Assembly: GCA_964419615.1 (NCBI GenBank) | Contig: CAYQPU010000022.1 | Location: 1 to 28,915, forward strand | Length of the DNA: 28,915 bases | Source of the DNA: an uncultured Methanosarcinales archaeon | GTDB lineage: Archaea; Nanobdellota; Nanobdellia; Woesearchaeales; JAGVZT01 | Direction: 5' to 3' | Notes under the pieces: model-generated | What the model was told of the DNA's origin: nothing | The model's input: only the letters and a program-made list of their open reading frames with translations | The model's database searches: none | In this document: piece by piece, positions 1-7,928 of the stretch | Layout: every line of letters starts with the position of its first letter | Position numbering within the stretch: position 1 is the stretch's first letter | Program-made: the position numbers and the translations under genes

Positions 1-33
1 ATGATAATGAAGTTGTGTTGTTTTTCCCTGTTT

Positions 34-585
34 CTAGTAAAAGGGTAAAAAGGGGGTAGTCCTAACTGGAATTTTAACTGAAAATTGAGTAAGTTCGTCT
101 GGTACACTATTGTAGGTTACAGAACCACCACATCTACGAAGAGTATCATCAACTCCACATAAACCAATCCCTGATGTTTTAAAAGTTGAAAATCCTTCCT
201 CCCAAATTTTTTTGGATATTTCTGTTGGAATTCCAGGACCATTGTCAGATACAGTGATTAAGTAATGTTCTTCTTCAATGCTTAAACAAACCTTAACAAA
301 TGGAATTTTTCTCTCAAATGCAGAAGGATCATAGTTCCCATGAGGAATATCTATTAATTCTGTTATACCTAGCTGAGCTTTAAGCGCATTTGTTACTAGT
401 TCTACAAAAACACCTCCACTTAATCTCCTTTTATGCTGTTCATAAAAAATAAGAGCATAATCTGCTTCTTCTACTCTCAAACTGTAGTCTAATTCATGCC
501 CATATCTGTTTAATCTGTTTACGAACATTTCACATGTTTGAAAAGCATATTCAACAATGTCTTTTATAGAATACATATCTGACAT
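34..585 (-). CDS. Stand-alone GHKL/HATPase_c (histidine-kinase-like ATPase) domain protein
   Basis: N-box ELVTNA, G1 DNGPGI, F-box IWEEGFSTF, G2 GIGL; no recognisable HisKA H-box or sensor domain. Confidence 0.85.
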   Translation of the reverse strand: MSDMYSIKDIVEYAFQTCEMFVNRLNRYGHELDYSLRVEEADYALIFYEQHKRRLSGGVFVELVTNALKAQLGITELIDIPHGNYDPSAFERKIPFVKVCLSIEEEHYLITVSDNGPGIPTEISKKIWEEGFSTFKTSGIGLCGVDDTLRRCGGSVTYNSVPDELTQFSVKIPVRTTPFLPFY

Positions 586-804
586 GCTTAAAGGGAATTT
601 AAGTTATTATTTATTGATATTGATTTGTTCATGGTTGTTTTATGTTATTATTTGATAGATATACTTTTCTGTATACTTGTTTAGAATATCCCTTGCTAAT
701 TGTGGATATTTAAAAGATTATTACATAGTTAAATTGTTCTAATCTACTATATTTGACCTCATTTTAAGGAAATTAAGATGAATATTCTTGTTAGCCTATT
801 TTAA

Positions 805-819
805 CAAAACATTTATATA
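805..819 (+). promoter_or_regulatory. Archaeal BRE+TATA promoter candidate for the 948 gene and possibly the downstream block
   Basis: AAAACATTTATATAG: purine-rich run followed by TTTATATA, about 130 nt upstream of ATG 948. Confidence 0.5.
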
Positions 820-947
820 GTTAATATCCCCTAATAATTATTATATCAGGTTAGAAAAGAGGAAAATAATCTAATTCAATCTGATTTTATAATAAAAAAA
901 CCCTGTTCTGATGAATCAAAACAAACAGAGTAGGTTAAAAGACTAAA

Positions 948-1565
948 ATGGGAATAATCAATTTAAATGGGGGCTACAAACCAAGCCCAGAAGTTCAGAA
1001 ATTAATAGATGTTTCTTTGCAAACTGCTGTTTTTCATATGGTTGATGTTGATGATTGGGAAACACAAGGTCCAGATAGTAATGGTTATGCTTCACTCATG
1101 TTAGTTGGACAAAGAGATCAATTGGAAGACTTAACCTGTCATGAATACAACAATATGGACACTCCTCTTCCAAATATTAACAGTGAGGATTTACACAATT
1201 GGTTAAGCCAATATAGTGGAAGAGGGATTGTTGCTTGGGATCAAAAGGGAAATCCAATTGATTACGGTTTAGTTTTTATGGATTATGTAAAAGAGGTTAG
1301 TGAGTTACACGAATCAAGAGAACTTGAACAAGTAGCCATTGAGGCCTCAAAGCATGGAACAGCAATTATGACTTATTTAGTTGGAGACCATGCTACTGCT
1401 AATGTATATGAAGGTGGTGAACTGGTTAAGAGAGTAAGCACAGCTGATTATGATAATAATAAGCAGAATAATGGAGCAATACCTGGATTCCTTGAGAGAA
1501 TAGGATTGATAGGGGGAAATCAAGGGGATAAAGGTCTTGATCCCTATTTCAAGGCATGGAAATAA
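948..1565 (+). CDS. Hypothetical protein with a probable degenerate diadenylate cyclase (DisA_N/DAC)-like fold
   Basis: SLMLVG...LSQYSGRGIVAWDQKG...VAIEASKHGTAIMTYLVGDHATANVYEGGELV follows the spacing of the archaeal DAC pattern (TLFVVG...ELAQLDGAFIISEDG...RHRAAAAITK..AIAIVVSE..G.VRVFKNG); the catalytic DGA and RHR motifs are absent. Confidence 0.5.
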   Translation: MGIINLNGGYKPSPEVQKLIDVSLQTAVFHMVDVDDWETQGPDSNGYASLMLVGQRDQLEDLTCHEYNNMDTPLPNINSEDLHNWLSQYSGRGIVAWDQKGNPIDYGLVFMDYVKEVSELHESRELEQVAIEASKHGTAIMTYLVGDHATANVYEGGELVKRVSTADYDNNKQNNGAIPGFLERIGLIGGNQGDKGLDPYFKAWK

Positions 1566-1586
1566 TATTCATTGACCAAGAAATAA

Positions 1587-1763
1587 CGAAAAAGTTGTAC
1601 AGAGACCCTTCTTCACAAAAGGAAGTGAAGTTTTTCAGTCTCTGATATTCAACAACTTTTTCGAAATTGAAAATCTTGCCCAATGCAAGCTTTTCAATAA
1701 TTTGTTCCCTTAGGCTTGGCGCATTATGCGCCGGGTCTATTTCAATGGGGGTTGAAATGAGGG
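1587..1763 (+). other. Highly base-paired intergenic element (candidate cis-regulatory RNA or ncRNA)
   Basis: Nested perfect stems 1587-1598/1652-1663 (12 bp), 1600-1606/1638-1644 (7 bp), 1611-1616/1625-1630 (6 bp); hairpin 1666-1698; 13-bp hairpin 1711-1739 with three G-U pairs on the + strand; hairpin 1739-1758; CCCU/AGGG closure 1707-1710/1760-1763. Confidence 0.6.
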
Positions 1764-1858
1764 TTGAATTGAAAGATACTGAAAGTTGGGATGAGTCCAA
1801 GATGGAAGAAGAATAAAATTTGGAGTATTTTGTAAATTGAGTAATGAGGAGTTAAGAG

Positions 1859-3274
1859 ATGAACGAAGAATCTACAATTCTAATATATGGTTTAGGAAAT
1901 GAAGGATTAGCCTGGCTAGGTCTGGCTTCAATTGCTTCAAGGGTGATTGGTTATCCTGGTGAAGTTAGAGGATACAATAGAAGTAGTATGAAAGTAGAAC
2001 CACTTAAAGCTGCAGCAGCTAGACATGCCAAAATTGGAGGCAATACTTATGATGAATCATCTGGTTTATGTTATATTGAGTTTCAACAAGAAAGGGGAGA
2101 TGAGATTTTTAGACAAGAAGTTTTTGGTAATGGCAGGTATAAAGGTGTTGAAGAATTAATACAAGCAACTGATGGAGGAGTAAAGGTTGGTTGTACTTCA
2201 CATATTGTCACCGATGATTTTGAAACTGCAATGCTTGGAAAGGATAAAACTCACAGATTACCAGATTATGTTGTTGTATGTACTGTTGCAAATGCCCATG
2301 CACCATTTGCAAAAATGCAGGCAGATTTATTTAACAGTAATCCTAATCTTCTTAAAAATCATGAAGGAAAGATTAATTATGTTTTAAGTCCAGGAAGGTT
2401 TCTTGGTGCATGGGAGGCTCACCTAGCTTTTTATGCATCACTTGATGATTCTTTACAAGATATTGCCAAAGAGAAGATTGTTTGGGCGGAGAGTGGTACA
2501 TCCCCCTATGCCAGTAGAATATCCACTTCAGATCCAACAAAGGTTACAGTAGTAGGTGGAAAAGCATGGAATCCTATAGCAGCAATTCCTGAGTCTGAGA
2601 CACATAATGTCGCAACAGGAATTAGAAAGATAAATCCAATCTATGTGGAAGTTAAGAGGGATAAAGGCAGAGAGATGGATGTTAGGTATACATCCCAAAC
2701 AAGTACAATTGCCATTCCATTTCATGTATTAATGACAACAATGGGTGCTCCACTTATGTATCATAAACAATTAGATTACTATGCAGATCTTCCAGCAATT
2801 CCATTGATTGCCGCAGCGTTAGAAGTAGTTGATAAAGAAAGAGTGGAAGCACTTAAATCTTTGTTTGGAACTAATGCTTGGTCTGGTCTGGAAATTATGA
2901 AAAGAATGTATCCTCTTGCAGAGGGAGATGACATTGCATTAGCAATGATAAACAATCCTGCATATCAAGGTATTTCTGCTCCTCGTTCACTCACAGACTT
3001 AGGTGGAAAGCTTATAAGATACTTGTCAGAAGATGGTCCTTTTACAACTGACCCACTGGTGGATGCAGTTGACAAAGACATTGTTCCATTTATCACAAGT
3101 ATCCTTGGCACAGCGCATAATACATCAATCATGTTAACAGGGAAACCCTTAATAGGAACTGGGAGGACTGCTGAATCTCTCGGACTTGAAGGCCGAACTC
3201 AAGATGAGATTAAAAGTATGCTTAAAACTGGAATAATTCCAGAGGAACTTTTAGCTTTATGGAGAAGTAAATAA
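1859..3274 (+). CDS. NAD/NADP octopine/nopaline (opine) dehydrogenase family protein
   Basis: N-terminal Rossmann GLGNEG...YNRS; AESGTSPYASR; FH motif; C-terminal NPAYQGISAP...RYLSEDGPF matching the family RYxxEDxP motif; GAGGAG Shine-Dalgarno-like sequence upstream. Confidence 0.85.
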   Translation: MNEESTILIYGLGNEGLAWLGLASIASRVIGYPGEVRGYNRSSMKVEPLKAAAARHAKIGGNTYDESSGLCYIEFQQERGDEIFRQEVFGNGRYKGVEELIQATDGGVKVGCTSHIVTDDFETAMLGKDKTHRLPDYVVVCTVANAHAPFAKMQADLFNSNPNLLKNHEGKINYVLSPGRFLGAWEAHLAFYASLDDSLQDIAKEKIVWAESGTSPYASRISTSDPTKVTVVGGKAWNPIAAIPESETHNVATGIRKINPIYVEVKRDKGREMDVRYTSQTSTIAIPFHVLMTTMGAPLMYHKQLDYYADLPAIPLIAAALEVVDKERVEALKSLFGTNAWSGLEIMKRMYPLAEGDDIALAMINNPAYQGISAPRSLTDLGGKLIRYLSEDGPFTTDPLVDAVDKDIVPFITSILGTAHNTSIMLTGKPLIGTGRTAESLGLEGRTQDEIKSMLKTGIIPEELLALWRSK

Positions 3275-3286
3275 TTTTAGGCCAAC

Positions 3287-5155
3287 ATGAATAAAAAAAC
3301 AATAGTTGCACATCCTATGTGGAATGATGCACACACAGAAGGACCAATTGAGTTTCTAAGAATTGCTGCAGATCATAATAATAAAATTGATTTTATTCCT
3401 CCTTCTGATGACCTTGAGAATTTCATTAAAACAATTGAAGATTCCCGTCCAGACATAATTGGATTAAGTTATCGAGGGAAATCCGAGGTTGCTGTAAAAG
3501 CTATGCATGAATATATGAATGTACTTAATGAGAGAGGATTGCTTGAGAAAACCCAAATAAATTTTGGAGGATTAAGAGAATCTTGTGAGCTTATTAAAAA
3601 GATTTTTCCGCAAATTAGAACTTTTTACCAAAGCGCTGACGCGGAACAAGGACAACAATTAGAAATGCTTGATGTTCTGGATAGTCTAGGAGTTAGAGGA
3701 CAATTTGCACAAGAATATGTTCAGAAAAGAATTGCCGATGTTACTGACGATCCAACACTTGCTAATGTTGCTAAAGAAATTGTAGGTGGCGGACAATTTT
3801 GGAGTCACACTGGATTAGGAAACTCAACTCCATTAGCAAGAAAAAATCTTATTCTAAGAATGAAGGAAGATTGGGAAAAAGGCCTTGTGTCTATTAGAAC
3901 TCATTATGGTGAACACTCTGAACCTCCATTATATGGACCTGAAAAAACTGTTCAAGGATTAAAAAAACTTGCAGACTTAATGATTGTTAGTCTTGTGTCT
4001 TTGGGATCATCAAAATATACTCAAACTGGAGAATTCTGGAATCAACCAATGGAATGGCCAAATGGTAAAGATGACGGAGGGGTACCAATAAGATTTTCAC
4101 AAGATCTTGTGGCCCTTAAGAATGCCACGCTAAGAGGAAATTTTCCAGCCCAAAAAGCATATCTTGGTACTGGAAGTAATAAAATGGAATTTAACAGAGC
4201 AATGGTCCAGTATCTTGATCTTGCTCAATGCTTCCAAGCTGTTCCTTTGTTATGGTTTAATAAAGTAGATAGTAGAGGATATATGGAACCTTTGGAATCT
4301 ATGTTGATTAATGAGCAAGTTGTAAAAATGCTCATCAGTGAAAATGTGCCAATTGAATTTAATGAAGCACACCATTGGACATTAAGAGGCGCACATGATG
4401 CAGTCTATGTTGCTGCTCATGGATACGCTGCAGCAATGGCTAATAATTGGGGAGTTAAGGAATACATTGCTCAATTTATGTTTAATACGCCAATTATGTC
4501 GTCTTGGGCAGACTATGCAAAAATGAAAGCTGCACTTGTTGTATCCAGGTTTGTAAGAGGAAATAATAATCTATGGGTTGAGACAAGAGCAGGATTACCA
4601 TATTTTAGGCCACATGAACAAAAAGCCATGGAACAACTGGTTACCACATCACTACTTCAAATGTATCTTAATCCTTCTTTAATGCATGTTGTTTCTGATT
4701 GTGAACCAAGACATGCTGCGTTACCAGATGACATTATTAGGAGTGTTAAGTTAGCTTTAACAGCTATTGAACATTACAAAACTAACCGACATGGTCTCCC
4801 TGATTTTGATAATGACCGTAGAGTGCAGAATCGAGTTGTTGAGCTTGTTAATGAAGCTGGCCTTATCTTAACAGCAATTGCTAGATTAGGTGGATATGAA
4901 GGAGATAGGATTATAGGTCATGATGGATTTAGAATCTGGGAAGATGAAGCTCATTCACTTGATCAATATATAACACCACAAACATTGGTTAAGGCTTGTG
5001 AAAATGATATTCTAGCTGCGCCAGGAGTAATATACAAACCATTCGGTTCAGATATTATTACAGCCCCATTTGAAAACGGGAGATATGTGCTAGATAAAGT
5101 AACAATGGAACAAGTTTCAGAAAAAGAAAGACTTAGTGATTTAGGTGCTTTATAA
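3287..5155 (+). CDS. Cobalamin (B12)-binding domain protein with a large C-terminal catalytic domain of unknown reaction
   Basis: N-terminal base-off motif DAHTEG (DxHxxG), then IGLSY and FGG at canonical spacing; C-terminal blocks GGVPIR, RGNFP, DSRG, EFNEAHHWTLR, QFMFNTP, RAGL, HVVS..E..HAA; starts 12 nt after the opine dehydrogenase stop. Confidence 0.8.
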   Translation: MNKKTIVAHPMWNDAHTEGPIEFLRIAADHNNKIDFIPPSDDLENFIKTIEDSRPDIIGLSYRGKSEVAVKAMHEYMNVLNERGLLEKTQINFGGLRESCELIKKIFPQIRTFYQSADAEQGQQLEMLDVLDSLGVRGQFAQEYVQKRIADVTDDPTLANVAKEIVGGGQFWSHTGLGNSTPLARKNLILRMKEDWEKGLVSIRTHYGEHSEPPLYGPEKTVQGLKKLADLMIVSLVSLGSSKYTQTGEFWNQPMEWPNGKDDGGVPIRFSQDLVALKNATLRGNFPAQKAYLGTGSNKMEFNRAMVQYLDLAQCFQAVPLLWFNKVDSRGYMEPLESMLINEQVVKMLISENVPIEFNEAHHWTLRGAHDAVYVAAHGYAAAMANNWGVKEYIAQFMFNTPIMSSWADYAKMKAALVVSRFVRGNNNLWVETRAGLPYFRPHEQKAMEQLVTTSLLQMYLNPSLMHVVSDCEPRHAALPDDIIRSVKLALTAIEHYKTNRHGLPDFDNDRRVQNRVVELVNEAGLILTAIARLGGYEGDRIIGHDGFRIWEDEAHSLDQYITPQTLVKACENDILAAPGVIYKPFGSDIITAPFENGRYVLDKVTMEQVSEKERLSDLGAL

Positions 5156-5157
5156 TT

Positions 5158-5180
5158 AATTACCCATAATTTTATATATA
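5158..5180 (+). promoter_or_regulatory. Promoter of the debranching enzyme gene: AATTACCCATAAT motif plus TATA
   Basis: AATTACCCATAAT followed by TTTATATATA, ending ~21 nt before ATG 5202. Confidence 0.6.
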
Positions 5181-5201
5181 TCTTATTTCTTAATTCTCTT
5201 A

Positions 5202-6935
5202 ATGGTCGGGGTGGAGTACAGGTATGGTAAACATACCATTAAAAAAGAGGTAGAAGATATTAGAGCTTTCTTAGGTGATAAAAGAGGAGGCTATTTTATG
5301 CTTTCTTCTGGGGAGCATTCAAGATATGATGGTTTGTTTTCTTATTTGGATGATATGTATAAGACCGTTGATAGTTTTGGTTTTAGCTTTGGTAAATTAA
5401 CTAATTATCTTAATCATGCTGATATGAATCATACTAAAGCATGGTTTGTTCCTAACAGTAATGCTTTTGTTTTGAATACTACAAGACCACTTACATTGGA
5501 TTTAGATGTTAGAAAGAGTTTTGATTTAAGACAGTGGGGTAGAAACTATGAGATTTCTGTTCATAAGAAAACTATTGTAATAAGGTTTGTAAAAAAGACA
5601 GATCCAAGGGAAGATAAGTCTAGTGGTGAGGTTGAGTATCAATTGTTTGTTGCTATAAAACATTCAGGTAAGCATGATTTTATTGAAGAGTGGATTGAAA
5701 AGTTTTATGATTATGATAAACAGCGAGGATCCCAACCTTTTTCCAGGCATGTTTACAGAGCATTAGATATTGATGCCAAAAAAATTGTTATTGCTACTGC
5801 AGCAAGTGGCAAGCAAGCAATTGATGCTGTAGAGGAAGCTTACGCTAAGCCGAATAAAGCAAGAGTTGGTTTTAAACAAAGCAAAAAACCCAAAACAAGT
5901 TTTGCATACAATTTTGCTAGACAAGGTTTTGATGAACTCATTGTTAATGATAGGATTTTCGCTGGGTTTCCCTGGTTTTTTCAATTCTGGACAAGAGATG
6001 AAGCGGTTAGTGTTGGAGCTTTGATTAGTCAGAAAAAATATGGCTTAGCAAAAAATATACTATTTAACCAGCTTAATTGTATTCAACCAGATGGGAGGAT
6101 TACCAATAGAATTCCTGAATCAAAGTTAACTTGTGCAGATGGTAATGGGTGGAATACATACAGATTAAAACAATTACTAGAGTTAAATCAACTTGATAAA
6201 ACTGAACAGATCTTTTTGAAAGCTAAACTGCAGTACATCTTTGATAGATTTGAAGACAAGTATGTACATGGTGATTTTGTGCATAATGAAAAAAATGAGA
6301 CCTGGATGGACACTGATTTTGAAGGTGATGATAGGGATGGCGCTAGAATTGAGATCCAGGCAATGCATATGTCGTTTTATAATCTAATTTACAAATTAAC
6401 AAAGCAACAAAAGTTTAAGGATTTGGAACTTCACCTGAAACATAAAGTCAAGCAAGAGTTTTGGAGTGGAGAGTTTTTAGCTGATGGTCTGAATGATTTT
6501 ACAGTTAGGCCAAATGTATTTATTGCTTATTATCTTTATCCTAAGTTATTGTCTAAGAAAGAATGGATAAAATGTTTTGAGAATTCCATTCCCAAATTGT
6601 GGCTTGATTGGGGAGGTCTATCAAGTATTGATAAGGATCATATCTTGTTTAGATCTAACTATAGTGGAGAAGATAATGCATCATATCACAGAGGAGATTC
6701 TTGGTACTGGATTAATAATTTAGCTGCTATTTGTTTGTATAGATTAGATAAAGCAAGATTTAAAAGATACATTGATGATATTTTTAATGCTTCAACTCAA
6801 GAAATATTATGGAAGGGCGCTGCTGGAAGGCATGCTGAGATTTCTTCTGCTGCACAGCAAAAAGGTCAAGGTTGTTTGTCACAAGCTTGGAGTTTGGGAA
6901 CTTATATTGAAATGGTTAATGAGTTTGGGTTTTGA
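5202..6935 (+). CDS. Amylo-alpha-1,6-glucosidase (glycogen debranching enzyme, archaeal/GH133-like)
   Basis: AGFPWFFQFWTRDEAVS, TWMDT...RDGARIEIQA, RPNVFIA, YHRGDSWYW and QAWS motifs. Confidence 0.9.
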   Translation: MVGVEYRYGKHTIKKEVEDIRAFLGDKRGGYFMLSSGEHSRYDGLFSYLDDMYKTVDSFGFSFGKLTNYLNHADMNHTKAWFVPNSNAFVLNTTRPLTLDLDVRKSFDLRQWGRNYEISVHKKTIVIRFVKKTDPREDKSSGEVEYQLFVAIKHSGKHDFIEEWIEKFYDYDKQRGSQPFSRHVYRALDIDAKKIVIATAASGKQAIDAVEEAYAKPNKARVGFKQSKKPKTSFAYNFARQGFDELIVNDRIFAGFPWFFQFWTRDEAVSVGALISQKKYGLAKNILFNQLNCIQPDGRITNRIPESKLTCADGNGWNTYRLKQLLELNQLDKTEQIFLKAKLQYIFDRFEDKYVHGDFVHNEKNETWMDTDFEGDDRDGARIEIQAMHMSFYNLIYKLTKQQKFKDLELHLKHKVKQEFWSGEFLADGLNDFTVRPNVFIAYYLYPKLLSKKEWIKCFENSIPKLWLDWGGLSSIDKDHILFRSNYSGEDNASYHRGDSWYWINNLAAICLYRLDKARFKRYIDDIFNASTQEILWKGAAGRHAEISSAAQQKGQGCLSQAWSLGTYIEMVNEFGF

Positions 6936-6969
6936 ACAATTATATATAAGATGAATATATGATTTAATC

Positions 6970-6990
6970 AATTACCCATAATATTTATAT
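6970..6990 (+). promoter_or_regulatory. Second copy of the AATTACCCATAAT+TATA promoter, upstream of the 7043 gene
   Basis: AATTACCCATAAT identical to 5158-5170, followed by ATTTATAT; downstream ATG 7043 has a GAGGT Shine-Dalgarno-like sequence. Confidence 0.55.
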
Positions 6991-7042
6991 ATTCAATTTC
7001 TTTCCTAAGTATTAATTTTAACTATTTTAGAGAGGTAATAAA

Positions 7043-7771
7043 ATGAGCGATCAAAGAAGGAATATAAGAATGCCCGCACCAAATGATAGGTATTACATTA
7101 CAGAGGAAGGTTTGCTAGGTGTTGTTGATGAAATTATGAGAAATGGTGATAATGTTACTTACCAAACAGTTGGTGAAGCTGATGACTTTGGAGATAGACC
7201 AGACGCAATGATGGTTTGGAAACATGAACAAAGTGCCTACGTTGGTGATGAAAAAATAAGCATGTACCTAAAAGCAGATGTTGCAGTTAGTGCAAAACAT
7301 TATTTTGAATCAACAAGATTTCCCAATGCAGATTTACATGGACTAGGTGGATATACTATTACAATTGAATATGACAAACAAGTAATTTTTAGACTAATGG
7401 GAGACTGGCTAAACCCAAGAATTATTGAAGAACTTGGATTAGACGAGCGTCTTGATGGATTTTATCATGGATTATTGGAAGTTAATTATCCTTTGGATGC
7501 ACAAAATGAACCAATTGCTTTAAAATATGATGGTGATGTTTCATTGCCATTAATGGGTTGGACAGTGCCTATTCTAAATCCTTCTTTTTCAGCAGATGAT
7601 CAAGAGATGATTAAACCAGAAGAACCAATGGAAGTAGATAATTATTTCATTGGAAGATCTAGGGATCAAGATGAAGTCACAAGATTACATGCACAACTAG
7701 TCCCTATTCTGGTTGAAGCTGTAGTTAATTACGCAAAAAGAGAATGGGAAGCAGTGGACGGGGGTCACTAA
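7043..7771 (+). CDS. Hypothetical protein, intact member of a local tandem paralog family
   Basis: 242-aa ORF with GAGGT upstream; aligns by eye with the 7929-8672 product (MVWKH/MVWEH, HGLGGY/HGPGNY, EVNYP/EVHYP, YDGDVSL/YKGDDSL). Confidence 0.85.
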   Translation: MSDQRRNIRMPAPNDRYYITEEGLLGVVDEIMRNGDNVTYQTVGEADDFGDRPDAMMVWKHEQSAYVGDEKISMYLKADVAVSAKHYFESTRFPNADLHGLGGYTITIEYDKQVIFRLMGDWLNPRIIEELGLDERLDGFYHGLLEVNYPLDAQNEPIALKYDGDVSLPLMGWTVPILNPSFSADDQEMIKPEEPMEVDNYFIGRSRDQDEVTRLHAQLVPILVEAVVNYAKREWEAVDGGH

Positions 7772-7778
7772 AATATGA

Positions 7779-7898
7779 GTCCATACAGAATATTCCAAAC
7801 CAAAGGAAATTATTCAAACCAATGCAGAAATGATTTGTGATCTGGCTGTGGTTGCTCTTCAATTTGGAAAAGATTATGTTAAATTAAAAAATAGATAA
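7779..7898 (+). pseudogene. 3' remnant (39 codons, no start codon) of a third paralog
   Basis: Translates to VHTEYSKPKEIIQTNAEMICDLAVVALQFGKDYVKLKNR*, matching the C-terminus EITDMHAKMTIDLGKVVAQYVMD of the 8181-8672 ORF. Confidence 0.6.
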
Positions 7899-7928
7899 TA
7901 ATTAAACAGATTAACGGAGGAATAAGAA

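Noticed and set aside
899-937. CUGAUGA inside a CUGUU/AACAG hairpin, resembling a hammerhead core or box C
   Set aside because: No stem II or GAAA, and no matching D box at suitable spacing
1751-1775. GTTGAAAT...ATTGAAAG 25-mer resembling an archaeal CRISPR repeat
   Set aside because: Single copy, no spacers or cas genes; its 5' half is explained by the adjacent hairpin
1549-1800. 83-aa minus-strand ORF from the track
   Set aside because: TTG start, no Shine-Dalgarno or family signal, overlaps the 948 gene stop and coincides with the strongly base-paired element; probably incidental
1566-1858. Cobalamin riboswitch upstream of the B12 enzyme
   Set aside because: The GGGAA/GCCACUG/B12-box consensus elements were not found by eye; kept only as an unassigned structure
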